The position numbers and the translations under genes were made by a program. From Felis catus (taxonomy: Eukaryota): a stretch of DNA of 64,000 nt. The stretch covers positions 156,490,001 through 156,554,000 of the forward strand of contig NC_058368.1 in the NCBI RefSeq assembly GCF_018350175.1, in the 5' to 3' direction. How positions within the stretch are numbered: position 1 is the first letter of the stretch; each line of letters begins with the position of its first letter. Positions 50,661-64,000 of the stretch are shown piece by piece. The notes below the pieces were generated by a model. It was not told the origin of the DNA. It did no database searches and worked only from the letters and a program-made list of their open reading frames with translations.

Positions 50661-52419
50661 TTTCCACCAATGCTCCATCGCCTCTAAGGTAAAGAATTTT
50701 ATTGAATATTGATGGGCTACAGTTATCAATTATTTATTGACTGATCATTTAATTTGTAGACTTCCTGTATGTTTATTTCTTTCCTTACTCTTACTCTAGG
50801 ATACCTACTTTTGTATTAGTGCAAAGAAATGGAACACCACTTCTTAGGTGTTCTGGTTAAAGGTTTCACACAGCAGAGAGGTCAAAAACTAATGGTCACA
50901 TGAGGTTTGGGGAGCCAATTTCATTCTTCCCCTTTCTCACTATCTTGCATGGTTCTGAATAATCAAGAGTTGGCTATTCACAAGCTTTTTATTAAATGGG
51001 GTCTTCTTCTATCCAAAATGTTTAGAAGAGGTTAGCAAGGTGGCCATAAAGCCAGAGATTAGAAAAATGAATGAGCCAATTACATTTTTTCAGATTAAAA
51101 AAAGCCTTCCTTTTTCACATGAAGATTAAACAAACAAACAAAAACCCTTTTTGCTAAGAAGCGAAGTGAAGGTGGGCTAAGGCTTTTTGCTCATATTTAA
51201 ACAAGGCAAATTATATAAAGTAGAGGGAATGATTCAAAATACTAAGATTTTAGAGCAACACCATTTCTTAGGAGATGTAAGACATGCAGGATTTTTCTTT
51301 CTTTGAGCCTGGGGTCTTGAGAGTCCCAGGCAGGACAGGGCCATTCACATCATCCTATCAATTGATGCTCTCATTGAAGTGCACTGGAAGATGCCTGCAT
51401 TCAATGATCATTCAGCGCAACACATGACAGTTCCCCTGGGGGAGCACACTTCAAAAAAATCATTTAAGTTGGAATATTGAATATCCTATTCTTTTGCAAA
51501 CTACAGTATATTTTAAAAAGAAATCTCATCCAAAATGATTAACACTTCCTACTGTTCAGGAAAAAAGCCTGCCCTTTCAGACTAACAGCTGTGGATCATT
51601 AGCTCTCCAGTGATGAGATGTGTTTGATGAGTATTTTTCTTTCTAATTAAGAGATGAGATTCTCTATTTGACTGTCTCTTCAGAAAGAAGTGAAGAAAAA
51701 ATTCTCTGCCTACATGGAAAGGCCCTCTCCTACAAAACAATTAATTATTTCATGGCCCTTTTAGAAAATCCTTTTCCTCCCTAATTTCAATTCATTTTTT
51801 TTTCTTAAACTTAACACATTTACACCCAGACCCTCACAGTATTAACCCATTTTTTACCCAGCGTTCCCTCTCTGATGTTTTCCTGCTTGTTTTATCCTTC
51901 AATAATAACTATTTTAGAAAAAAACAGGATGAGGAAATGTATCAAAGGTACATATATGCTTACCCTAACAGAGAGCATCTGGTATGGTAATAATCTCTGA
52001 TATGAGAGAGGCCTCAAATTAGAAAAGTAATAAATACCTACCGTTTGCCTGTTGAGGAATTGGGTAGTGCAGTGCTTTAAAACAAACCAAAACAACAACA
52101 GGAACAACTCTAAGGTGCTTAGCATCATATAAAAAACTGCTTCCAGTAATTAATCCTTAAAAAGAAACTATTTCACCTCTACCAATAAGACAAGCCTTAA
52201 AGAAGAAAGCTAGGGAATGTAGAGCGACACCTAAAAATAACAGCTTTTCTTTTTGAAAAAGCCATCAACAAGGTTATAAAATTCTTGAATTAAAAAAAAC
52301 ATGATTCAAGAGTAGAGTAAGAAGCAAATGAAAGAACTCTTGGCAAATTAGTCTCATCAGATGCTTCTTTAAATCCTTTTAGGCTCAGGGAGAGAAAGGA
52401 AGGAAGGAAGGGGAAAGCA

Positions 52420-52647
52420 TCAGCTTTCAAAAATTTGGGTACTGTGCTGCCACATCCCTCCCCCATGGTGCACTTGAAAATATGTGAGGATATTTTTCAT
52501 TGCAACCGTGGGGTGGGAGCAGGGAAACACTGGCATTTCCTGGGTAAGGCTAGGGGCGCAAAACACCCTGAACTATGTGCAAGAGTCCTGCCCAGTGAAA
52601 AAATTTCCTGTCCCAAATGCTCCCAGCACGCCTCTCAGAAACATCGC
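52420..52647. mobile_element. MER20-like hAT-Charlie MITE
   Basis: cacttgaaaatatgtgaggatatttttcattgcaac..actggcattt..gggtaaggctagggg.gc.aaacaccct..aaaaaatttcctgtcccaaatg..agaaacatcg. Confidence 0.75.
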
Positions 52648-54502
52648 CAGTTCTTTCACATAGACAACAGACCATCCCCAACTTAGCAAAGAAGAAATGG
52701 TAGGCGTACAAACAAATGTATACAGAAGAAGGGCAGATATATTTCCTAGATGATGGCAAGAATTCTGACTGAAGGACTTAGGGTGAGGCAGTAGTATAGA
52801 AAAAAATGCACTCAGTCATTAGCGTTTGCTCTAGTTTCTTTCTCGCCATCTATTAACATTTAGCATTTCTGAAAAATATGGCTAAAGAACTGGAGGTTAA
52901 CCCATTCTGCCTATTTACCCTCCCTTGAATTAAGTCAGACTCTGCACATCATCAGTCTTCAGAACTTCATCTTCTGGGAAGGGGGTGGTTTTGCCTTGAT
53001 TTAAATAGCCAGATGGCATCACCACCTGCTCTAAGGTCTTTATATCTGGTTGGTTCCACTAAAGCCTTTTGTTCCACCTCCAATGAAAAGAGGAGAGAAG
53101 ATAGGCAAAATGAATTCGATTAATTCCCAGCATAGTGATACTTTTCCAAGGTGATTTTAAAGTATGAGATGCTGCTCTTTTGAAGAGAGGTTTTGTTTTG
53201 TTTGGAATGTTTTCTAAAATAAACAGCAGGGAAATGGTGACAACCTTAGACCCGATGGATTGCTCCAACTTGTGCCGTTTCCTGGGGTCATGCCACAATG
53301 GTACAAGGAGCATTATCATGTTCAAATGAGACTCATACAGATGCTCATATACAATGATTTCTCTTCCCTTCTCTCAGCTAGAATGAGAATTGAGATGGCT
53401 CCCTCTACTGCTTTCTTTGTGAGTAGTTTCAACCAGATACCAAACTGCCAAGACTGTTGGTTTGTTGTGTTTTGTTGTGCCTATGTGTGTGTGTGTGTGT
53501 GTGTGCACGCATGTGTGTGTATTTTGTGGGTTTAGAGCAAAAACTCAAGCACTCTACTAAATGATCCCTTATAGTGACTTGGAAAAATATGTCAAGAGAA
53601 CCATCTATCCCTTTTCGGGTGACAGGAGGAATATATGGTTAGGGGTAGGAAAAAAAGAGAGAGAAATTGGTTAATGTGTTGGTAAAGCTTTGAATTGAAT
53701 GCATATTATATACTATAACTTAGGTCATTATTTGCTGATAGGCTGAAAAGTCTTTGTTTATTCAGATTTACTTAGACAACTTATAAATACAGATCAGTAA
53801 GTTCTAACTCTTTACTTCGTGAAATTGTGCACTGGGTTTTTGAAGTTGCTTCTTGAAACTTAAAGTCCACAATCTTAGTACACCCAAGCCTTTTTGAAAA
53901 GCATAGCTTGACTCCATCTAGTAAAGAAGCACATGTGACAACTAGATAGAACTCATTTGAAGATGTCTTACATACGACTCACGGAAACAGCTACAGAAGA
54001 ATCTCCACAACAAAATGGACCAAAAACAACCTCAAAGATGGTGCTATCAACTAATCATAGCATAATGCACACTACTTTCCTTGATGGAGATATTATATCA
54101 ATATAACCTGCCAGCCAGGAGGCTTGGAAAGTTATTTATTTATTTAGATTTTTTTTTCTGTTTCAGCTTACAACTTGTACTGATATTTCATGTCATTTTT
54201 ATCAAAGTCAGAGATGAAAGGCTCTGGCTTTGCTTTGAGAACACTGACAACTCCAAAATGTAAAGCCCAGAGTATGTCCAACTCGAGCATCACGTCAACC
54301 ACACATGAATAACTGATAAGAAATCCCTGCAATGTTGTGCGTCTAATGTTAGTAAAAGTTGGGATGTAGAATGAAAGTGACAAATGCTTATAGATGCCTG
54401 GAGAATGTTGATTCTCTGAGGTCCCTTTCATTAGAAATTAGTACATTACCCAGGAGTTTTTAATGCCTACCACAGTACCAAATACAGTTAAGTTTTTCAT
54501 TT

Positions 54503-54713
54503 TTTTTAATGTTTTCTTTTTATTTTTGACAGAGAAAGAGACAGAGCATGAGCGGGGGAGGGGCAGAGAGAGAGGGAGACAGAGAATCCGAAGCAGGCTC
54601 CAGGCTCCAAGCTGTCAGCACAGAGCCCGACGCGGGGCTCGAACTCACAGACTGCAAGATCATGACCTGAGCCGAAGTCGGACGCTCAACCGACTGAGCC
54701 ACCCAGGCACCCC
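54503..54713 (-). mobile_element. Young felid Can-SINE
   Basis: CpGs are intact. Perfect TSD aagtttttcattt at 54490-54502 and 54714-54726. Confidence 0.96.
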
Positions 54714-57527
54714 AAGTTTTTCATTTCAATAGCTTTATTATTCATAGAAGTTCTGCTCATTCGAAACCAGGCTGCATGCAAAGTCATTCTGGCAGATTAC
54801 ACAGATCAATACATATCAAGGAACAACTGCTTTAAAAAATATCTAAAGACTATATAAAGAAACATGTAAGAATGTGTTAAGGCTGTTAAGTTCATTGAAA
54901 TTTGTCTTTCTCTAGTGTCTCTTTTCTCAAGGCTTCAACTGGTTCTGGAAGGACCCATGACTATCTGACTAGTATAGGTAAAGAATATTCCATACTTTCA
55001 TTTAAAAAAAGAAAGTACTTTAATGTTGATTCTCAATTTGTTTTTGTTTTTTATTTATGCCTCCAGGGCTAATGAAAAAAGCATATTTTTTTTCGTGATA
55101 TTCAACTCATTGTATAGCATTCTGATATCCCTTCCTTTTAATTCCTAAACTATTACTAACAAAATTATTGGATTAAATGTTTAAATAATATTATTTGGGG
55201 ATATTGTCATAAAAATACGCCATTATTAAAATATACTTCCATATATCTTCTGAACAATATTACCTGGGAGTATTGTCATACACACGTGCCGTTTCTGTGT
55301 ATTTTTCTAGGCTTTAGAAGTGCTGTAAAGGTTTGTTAAGGCTTATTGAAGATAGTCATCTTTTACATTTTTAAAGAAATGAATCTGTTACCATTACTAT
55401 TTTTGAAGTAAGTTCTTGATCAACTCCCTTCTTTGTGTGTGTAAATGCTGTGAGTAGACTTACAAATCTGATACCAATGTTTGCTGTTGTACAGAATGTA
55501 AAATTTTCCCTAAGCTTGAAATCTGGCTTTAAAGCTATCTCCATCATGAACAGGTACAATATTTAGGGCAACAGCTGGCACTTCAGTTGCTCATGGGGGG
55601 AAACTCCCTCTGTTCTATATACTGTGCCAGAAAATAGGATACTCAGCCAAACACATGTTAGTAAAGTCTGTGATACAAGTTACTTTAAAAATTAGTACTG
55701 TAGTCTTTATACTCGCCATTCTATGTCACTGAATAGGAATGCCTTTAAACAAGTGGATGATCAATTACGGTGACTGCTTTTTGATGCAGCAGCTGATATG
55801 CAGAGAGCTGTACCCTGCCAAATTTTGGGATGTTGGGTACCATTCTGATTCATTTCCACTCAAATTATCTCACTCAGACTTATTCAACTTACCATGAATA
55901 TCTTGCCTAGGCTATTGATTTCTGATTTTTCTTTTTAATCCTTCATGATACAACATAGTGGTTACTGTTGGTTATTCTTTGTCTAGATTTAATACCTTCA
56001 TTTCAATCTTAAAATTGCAGAGCTAAAGTCAGAAAGCGTGTTTTAAAATTTTCACCTTTATAAATATATTTAAGACCTAATAATATCATATATTTCAGCT
56101 ATCTTGCCAGCTTCTGAAACTTCATCTCCTATTCTGTCTTATAATTTTCTAATTTTCTCCTTCACTGGTCTCATTCCCCCCAATCCCTCTGTTCTGGAAA
56201 AACTTCAAGAGTTATGTTTAGCAGCTCTAGCTATGTCTGAACATTTCTCTTTGCAATTCAAATAATCATCTTGGGCTGATTTTAACAGCCTTCTTTACTC
56301 CATTCCATCTTTTAGCCTTGCTGTGTAATGTTTACTGATGAATGTCTTTCTCCCGTTTCTTAACAGATCTAAGTGGTGTAGTTACTGCACGGGAAGCCTA
56401 GAGGTTTGAACACTAAGTAGACATTTCTCTTGGCTATTTTCCACACCTCCAAACATTCTCTTAAATGCAACAGGGCTTGTGTTTCAATGGTAACAGAAGT
56501 TATCAGAGAACACTAGTTTAGACAGCAAGCAAGCTGAACTCCAACTGTTCCAACAGCCTGACTTTTACAGTAAAAGGAAAGGCCCTGGGCCAAGACCACT
56601 GAGATGAGCAGGTATTTTTAGTTCACTTGTAGGCCAGCTCTAATGTAATTCTGAAATGTTTTCTTCAAACCAAACCCAACTTTTTCAGGGCTGTCCAAAT
56701 CTGTTTTCTTTTATAGCAAGTACAAATTCTTGGAGCAAGGGAAGCATGCGTATCATTTGCAATGCTGCTGCATGTCTATGGTGTTGATGCCCGATGGCTC
56801 AAATTAGTCCGCCAAGCAGATGAGCGCATTGTAATTAGCTCTTGTCAAACTGTTAGAAATACAAAAACCATTTCCACTGTAATAAAAATTATGAAAAAGA
56901 AAAATCTCTCATATCATTTTCAGCCAAAATAGTTCCTGAAATGTCTGGTAGTTTAGGATTCCAGAGTTCTAAAAGAAGGCCATTTCATTTTCAGAAAAGC
57001 TTTCACTTCATTGACATGGATATGCTGACATGTATTATCTTTCAGGCGTTTTTGTTGTTGTATTTGATTGTCTGTAAAACCTCGTTTCTAAAAATAATCT
57101 GTTGGGAGTGGACACATTTTGTTGAGCCACATGGTACTGATGTATGATTCTCAACAAACATTTAAACTTCTTCAAGTATTTTTTTAATCAAGGTTTTCTG
57201 ACTTCTATCAGCGTGTTATTATTTTCAATTTTCCTGATTAAGTATTACATTCTTTTTCAACAAAAGAGGACATTAAGGAGGCATGATCACAGCTTCAGAT
57301 GGGATAATTCTGATGTTAAACTCCCATGTGATGATCATCAGTTTCTTGGGGAAAATTTACTTGGATATTCACTGTTGGGACAGTGACTCAAAGACTACCT
57401 TGCTCAATATTTAAATTATTCACAAGCTTCAGGAGGGTTCTTGAACTCTCTGGAATTTAATGTCCTCTCAAAAATATGAGCTATTAATAGGTGGTTATTT
57501 TCCAAAAGTAAATTTATTTAAAAAAAA

Positions 57528-57990
57528 TTTAATGTTTGTTTATTTTTTTTTAATTTTTTTTCAACGTTTATTTATTTTGGGGACAGAGAGAGACAGAGCA
57601 TGAACAGGGGAGGGACAGAGAGAGAGAGGGAGACACAGAATCGGAAACAGGCTCCAGGCTCTGAGCCATCAGCCCAGAGCCCGACGCGGGGCTTGAACTC
57701 ACGGACCGTGAGATCGTGACCTGGCTGAAGTCGGACGCTTAACCGACTGCGCCACCCAGGCGCCCCTAATGTTTGTTTATTTTTGAGAGAGAGAGAAAGA
57801 GAGCGAGCGAGTGCGAGTGAGTGAACAGGAGTGGGGGGAGGCCAGAGAGAGAGGCAGACACAGAATCTGAAGCAGGCTCCACTCTCTGAGCTGTCAGCAC
57901 AGAGCCCTAAGTGGGGCTTGAAACCACAAACCGTGAGATCAGGACCTGAGCCAAAGTCAGATGCTTAACTGATTGAGCCACCTAGGTGGC
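57528..57990 (-). mobile_element. Older felid Can-SINE (outer element), its tail interrupted by a young SINE
   Basis: The body at 57785-57990 is CpG-decayed and the tail continues at 57528-57547. Confidence 0.9.
57548..57766 (-). mobile_element. Young felid Can-SINE nested in an older SINE
   Basis: TSD taatgtttgtttattttt at 57530-57547 and 57767-57784. CpG-rich head. Confidence 0.94.
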
Positions 57991-58129
57991 TTTTAAACAA
58001 AAGGTAAGTTTGGAATTAGGTCATATATACCAAAAAAAACTATCCACTTCTACTTGCCTTCAGAACCTTCCTAAAGGTATCTTTAAGTATCTTTGTGGAA
58101 ATTAGCAGGATGCTATAAGTGAATCTATC

Positions 58130-59510
58130 TTTGAAAATAATAAAATTACCATATACAAAACTTAATACAAAATGATCATAGAGCTGAAACTATAAGACTT
58201 CTAGAAGAAAGCATAGAAGAAAATAGTTGTGGCCTTAGGCTAGGCAAAGAATTAAAAAATGTATTTTGTTTATATATTTTTGAGAAGAGAGAGAGAGAGG
58301 GAAATAGAGCACGAGTGGGGGAGGGACAGAGAGGTTAGGGAGACACAGAATCTGAAGCAGGCTCCAGACTCTGAGCTGTCAACATACAGCCGGACCCAGG
58401 GCTCAAACTCAGGACTGTGAGATCATGACCTGAGCTGAAGTCAGATGCTCAACCGATTGAGCCACCCAGGCATCCCAGGCTAGGCAAAGAACTTGCAAAT
58501 ATCAAAAGCATGATCTAGATATGTATTTAAAAATTAGACCTCATTCAAGTTAAAAACTTTTATGCTTCAAAAGACACTATTAAGAAAATGAAAAGACAAG
58601 CCACATACTGGGAAAAAATAATTGCAAATCACGTATCTGATAAAGGACTTGTATCCAGTGTATATAAAGAACACTTAAAAATAATACAAAGACAAAAACC
58701 CAATTAAAAAATGAGCAAAAGATGTGAACAGCCATTTCACCAAAGAAAACACATGAGTGGCTAATAAGCATATGAAAAGATGCTCCACATCATTAGTCAC
58801 TAGGGAAATGTAAATTAAACTGCAAGGCAATACTGCTTCATACATACTAGAATGGTTATAATCAAGGCCAAGAGTACTGAATGGTCAAGATACAGAGAAA
58901 CTGGAAGTCTCCTAAAATGCTGATGAGGATGTAAGATGGTGTCATCACTTTGGAAAACAGTCTGGTAGTTTCTAAATAAGGTAAACAAACTTTAACTTAA
59001 CATATGAATCAACACTTCCACTTCTAGTTATCACCTAAAGGAAATGAAAACATATGCCCACATAAAGCCTTGTACATGAATGCTTATTTATAGCAGCGTT
59101 ATTCACAATACACCTCCCAAATGGAAACAACCCAATTGTTTATCACCTGGTGAGTGGAAAGTGAAATGTGCTGTATCCACACATTGGAATACTACAACAA
59201 TAAAAAGACACTACTGACACATCCTGTGTCATGGACTCAGAATCATGCTAAATGAAACAAGTCAGACGTACAAGACTACTTTTGCACCATTCCATTTATG
59301 TGAAATGTCCAGAAAAAGCAAATCACTAGAGATAGAAAACAGACTGGAGGCTGCTACAGGCTGGAAGTGGGAACAGGGAGTGATTATAACTGGCATGAGG
59401 GATCTTTTTGGGATGATGGCTGTACAACTCTGTAAATGTACTAAAAATCAGTGAATTACATATTTAAGTTGGTGAGTTTTATGGTATATAAATTACATTT
59501 TAGTACAGTT
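58130..59510 (+). mobile_element. Old L1 (ORF2 3' part plus 3'UTR) with a nested SINE
   Basis: aaaatgaaaagacaagccaca.actggga..atttcaccaaagaa..aagcatatgaaaagatgctccacatcattagtca.tagggaaatg..tggaaacaacccaa..aaatgtccagaaaaagcaaatc. Confidence 0.92.
58252..58476 (-). mobile_element. Felid Can-SINE inside L1
   Basis: Perfect TSD aggctaggcaaagaa at 58237-58251 and 58477-58491. Confidence 0.94.
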
Positions 59511-59854
59511 GGGTAAAATTAAAAATTATAACTTCTGCAGGGTAAATTCTGAAACAAAGAACTGAGAAAACCTAGGCTAAGGCAATGGATGATCATAGAT
59601 CTCAGATGTATCTTTACTCCCAAAATATTTAAAATGCTACTTGGTGACACTACCTTCATTATGATTCTTTGGACAGCTCTTGCTCCTTTGAGTTCAGAGA
59701 AGTTTTGCAAAGACTATTAAAATAGTTAAATCACCAACATCAATCACTGTTAATTGGCAATGAGATGTCCCAGAGGCAGGCAATGAAAATGATAATAAAA
59801 TACTACCACCCTAAGGTGAGACTATTATGTTGATTGTTCTAAATTCCCATGAGA

Positions 59855-60070
59855 GGGGCGCCTGGGTGGCTCAGTCGGTTAAGCGGCCGACTTTGGCTCA
59901 GGTCACCATTTCTCGGTCCGTGAGTTCTAGCCCCATGTCGGGCTCTGTGCTGACAGCTCAGAGCCTGGAGCCTGTTTCAGATTCTGTGTCTCCCTCTCTC
60001 TCTGACCCTCCCCCGTTCATGCTGTCTCTCCCTGTCTCAAAAATAAATAAACGTTAAAAAATTAAAAAAA
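59855..60070 (+). mobile_element. Young felid Can-SINE
   Basis: Perfect TSD aaattcccatgaga at 59841-59854 and 60071-60084. Confidence 0.96.
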
Positions 60071-62984
60071 AAATTCCCATGAGAAATATGATCAATTTGG
60101 GGAAAGAAAATGTTGAATTCCTTACCCTGTGAACAAGAGCTAGCTGACCGAATGAAAAAGGGATTCTAAGGAAAACTTAGGATGTGAAAAAAAAACAGAA
60201 AAGGGGGGAAGGATAGTGAAGAGCAACAGGCTGAAAAAAATAAGTTGGATAAAGCAAAACAGAAGCAAATCTTAGTACAGGAGAATGAGGACAGAGTAGG
60301 CACTGGCAGCTTTCCTGCCCAGAACAAAGGACTGCTGCATAAATATGACAGTGTTTTCTATTTTGTAATTGTGCTGGGAAGCTCTTTCAATGTGGGCCTA
60401 GAGTCTTAGGTTTTCGTGTGGATTCCTCATTGATCTCTACTGCCAAGTTACCTACAGTACCACGTATTAGGAAATAAAACTTCTCACCACCTCCCTCTCC
60501 CCCTGCCCATCCATCCACCAAAATGGCAGGAAAATGTTAAGAGGCATTTGTTTTATCTTTCTGGTCAGCAATAGTCAGCAGCTCCCTTTGGTTGGTTGGG
60601 TTTGTTTTTCTCAGTATATTACATCAAGAAAATAGAAATGAAAACTGCTGAACACAGCAGGAAAAGTGAAATAAATCTGAAAACTGCTTCCAACTGTTTT
60701 TATTTGAGCACTTCTAAAACTCTAGGAAAATCCTCTATCTTCCTAAACTGCTGCATACTTTTCTTAATTTTTTTTTTTTCCACAGGGAAGCTTAATACAT
60801 GTGTTTGTAAGTTAACTAAATTATATCAAGCATGGAAAAGCAGGTGAGCCCTGGCAGATTTCCCATTGTTTTTACATCCATTTTCTCCATCTATCAATTG
60901 CTGCAATCTAAACTGGCTCCCTGTTCTGCTGTCAGTGCCACTGAGCGATTCTATCTCCCAAGGCGACAGGTGTGGCTTTGTCCTCTAAGTGAACGACCCT
61001 GGGCAGAATCCAGCTCACCTTTCAGAGGTTCACTGTTGTGGCAACATTGCCTTTCCTTCACTTATGTAGTTGCCTTTCAGACGTGTTTGACCACACTTCT
61101 GTCTAGAAGTGTTCATCACGTTTCCTGCTCTAATAAAGACATCGACTCAGAGGCAACTCTGGATTCAGTGTTTACTAGTGTAATAAAGACAGTGAGACAT
61201 GTTTCTCTTTCCTAGCCATGGCTTGATCTTGAGGAGGCAGGGAGAGAGAGGTGTATGGCTTCTAAATAGCAACTAGAAAAGAGTACCTCATTGCAAATTA
61301 GAGCAAGAGGATTGGGTTGGTGTCAAAGAGAGGGCAATATACTCACTAAAAAAAAAAATACCTATCTCATCAAATATCGTGGAATCCTCTGGATTGTTTA
61401 TAGCTGTGTTTCTCTCTTCTTTATGTCTAGTCTATGCAAAATAAAGGGTTACTGGCCTACAGATAGGCAGAACCTAGAAAGGAACACAGTGAAATGATTA
61501 AAATGGGCTAAAAATGTGTTCTAAGATTTCTCCTTTATAACAATTTAGCCTTTTTTTTTCTATTGAAAAACTTTATGGATAATGAGAGCCCCAAAGCAGC
61601 TGCAACAGTTTAGTATTCAGAGTAAAGTAGTTTATGTATAAATAAATTTTCCAAGTGTATGTCTGGATATAACATAAGATGTGTGTATATAAATTTATAT
61701 TGTATCTATATCCATACTTTTATTTATTCATCCCATGGGAAGTGTGTATCCATAATTATTAAGTGATTATTTATGCACCCTTCCCCCTCAACTGTAGAAT
61801 GGAAATACCCGTTATAACGTGAAAGTTCATTAAATGCTGTTAATGATATAGTTTATCTCACTTCTTAGGAAATAATTTTACATGGGATTAATATTACACT
61901 ATTAATACATTTAAGAAATTTTATTATTTTGAAACCTCAATAGGAACTGAAAATGAAGTCATCTTTAAATAATTTTAATTAAGTAAAATTATTACCATGA
62001 AGGAGTAATTATATATAAGCAGTTCTATGCCCGAAGAGACCAATTAACTTTTTTTCACCTTGATAATTAATTATTTTTATTCCCATACTGCAGATAGGAA
62101 AATTGAGTTGAGGGTGAAGCAAGCATTTTCTTACATGTACAATAGACACAATTTTTAAATTCTACTTCACAATCTTATTTCCAGAAACAAGATGGTAAAG
62201 TTTGACAGGATTTTAAGAAAATTTTTGTAGCCTCTTTTCCAGATCATATGAAAAGATATATTTTTAAAGCTTGTGAAATGTAAAAGAATATTTCTATATT
62301 ATGTGACTTAACTGCATCATTTTATTAATCTGCCCTACGAAGTTCTCCCTCCCCATTTTAAGATCCATTTTAAAGACCATGTTAAAGATAACAGGTGTCA
62401 AAGGTAAGAAATGTACTTGATAACCAGTACTGAAGACCTGTAACAGAGAAGTCTCATACCTTGCTGAAAACCTCTTATCTTCTCTCACCTTCAAGACTCA
62501 CCCAATGCCTTGGCACAGCTAAAATACGTCTGGCCCACCATACGGAAGTGGTTGAAATTTGTTACATCACCACCTTTCAATTCCACCATCTTTTTTGACA
62601 ATTACAAGGGTGTTAGTGCCTGATGAACTGGTTACCTAAAAAAGGACAGTGACAGTCCCTTTTCTGGGGAGATTTTGCTTTCATTGTTGATTCTTTTGTC
62701 ATACCTCCATTCCAATCTTAGGCAAGGTCTAAGTGGGAGGAGTCCGACTTGATCTGCAACACAAGACGGTGAATAGAGGGAGGCAGGGCGAGAGGGTGCC
62801 ATGCCCCACCAAAAATCAGCTAATTATTTATGTATGGGGGCTCCTCTTCTCATAAGTGATTCAACTCTATGATGATTAATGCCTTTATTAATAACTATTG
62901 GCCCATTCACCATCAATGTACAATTGACATCCCTTGTCTTTTTACTCAGCACTCTGAACTTCCTTGTGGAAATCCTCCACCACC

Positions 62985-63340
62985 ACCAATTCACAGTTTC
63001 TGGTGGAGCAGAACCTGTCTCTGGCTGCAGATGTACAGACACTTGAGCTAGACCCAGTCAATGACAGCAGTACCAGCTCCTGGTCATAGTAGTGGGAACA
63101 ACGGTGGGCCAATCAGAACAAGTGAGACTCAACTGAGTCTTTGGACCTACTGAAAAAGAGAATCTCTTCTTTCCTGACCAAAAGCTACAAGACTGTAAAC
63201 CTGGGGGTGTTGATGGACACTTCAGGGACATCTTGCTTGGGATCAGTGTTTGCACAAATGAAAACCAAACCAAGAAATGGCAAGAAACTGAGTTCTGATT
63301 CAGTCACATGCATCCCCAGATCCAGACATGTCTGAAAGTA
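62985..63340. mobile_element. Old LTR relic (MLT1J/K-like)
   Basis: cctggtcatagt..gggccaatcagaa..gtgagactcaa..aaccaagaaatgg.aagaaactgagttctgat resembles old MaLR LTRs. Confidence 0.5.
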
Positions 63341-64000
63341 TAATTTGACTTTCCACACATACACATATAAAAGAAGGTAAAGAGGACAGTTCAAACACTT
63401 CAATGTAATTCTGAGACCTGGAGGAGAAAAGAGGTGCTGTGGGCCACAGTTATTCTCATAGCTATAATGCCACCACCCCTCTTCTCCTCCAGTCAAGAAA
63501 GAGAAGAGATTGCAATTATGTGGGTGACACTTTAATGAAAGGAGGTCTCTGTTCTCCCTTCCCAATAGCCTCCTGGTTAATTAAAAACAGTTTCTAATCC
63601 CTCTGTGTTCTGGAAAATGTGGGGCTTACTTTCCTGGCAATTGTTTGATTAGGAAAGTAGGATGAGCAGACAAAATGTAATTTGAAATTGAACACCCAAA
63701 TTCAATTTTTCTCATTGTCTTAGTAAATTCAGGTAACCCACATTGAAGGAACTAAGTCTGTCTGTTAGACCTTACAATTCAGGGTAAGGAATCATTTTGG
63801 GGACATATTTCCTGAGGTGTAAATGGAGTGGGATCTCAACCGCAGTTGATAAAGCAAGATAAATTATTCCAAGTTTATTTTCTTGTGTTTCCGATTGGCT
63901 TCCAGCAACATTCTTGGCACACAGTGCTATTGTTCACAGAAGCCGAGGTAAATAAAATCTTCAGAGAAGATTCCCTGCCTTCACATCTGTTCAACAGTGA

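Noticed and set aside
1..64000. CRISPR array, operon or prokaryotic-type system
   Set aside because: The sequence is mammalian intron. The recurring ~200-bp repeats are dispersed SINEs with TSDs, not repeat-spacer arrays.

Overview
This is mammalian genomic DNA from a cat-family species, judged by 18 felid-type tRNA-derived Can-SINEs. The window appears to lie entirely inside the MCTP1 gene (multiple C2 and transmembrane domain protein 1), transcribed on the minus strand. Two internal coding exons missed by the ORF track are present: 45261-45380 (120 nt, LFLFVVWNFELYMIPLVLLLLLTWNYFLIISGKDNRQRDT) and 23310-23363 (54 nt, VVEDMLEDEEEEDDKDDK). They splice in phase 0 across a ~21.9 kb intron. The introns carry a full-length processed RPL32 pseudogene with target-site duplications, an old ZNF580-like retrocopy and a near-full-length decayed hAT Charlie/Buster transposase. 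They also carry L1, L2, MIR, MaLR LTR and MER relics, two nested SINE-in-SINE insertions, microsatellites and several repeat-poor blocks that may be conserved non-coding elements. Apart from those overlapping the two retrocopies and the transposase relic, the listed ORFs look like noise. Gene and repeat family names come from recalled sequences, not from a search, and repeat boundaries are approximate. I see no evidence of a novel multi-gene system.
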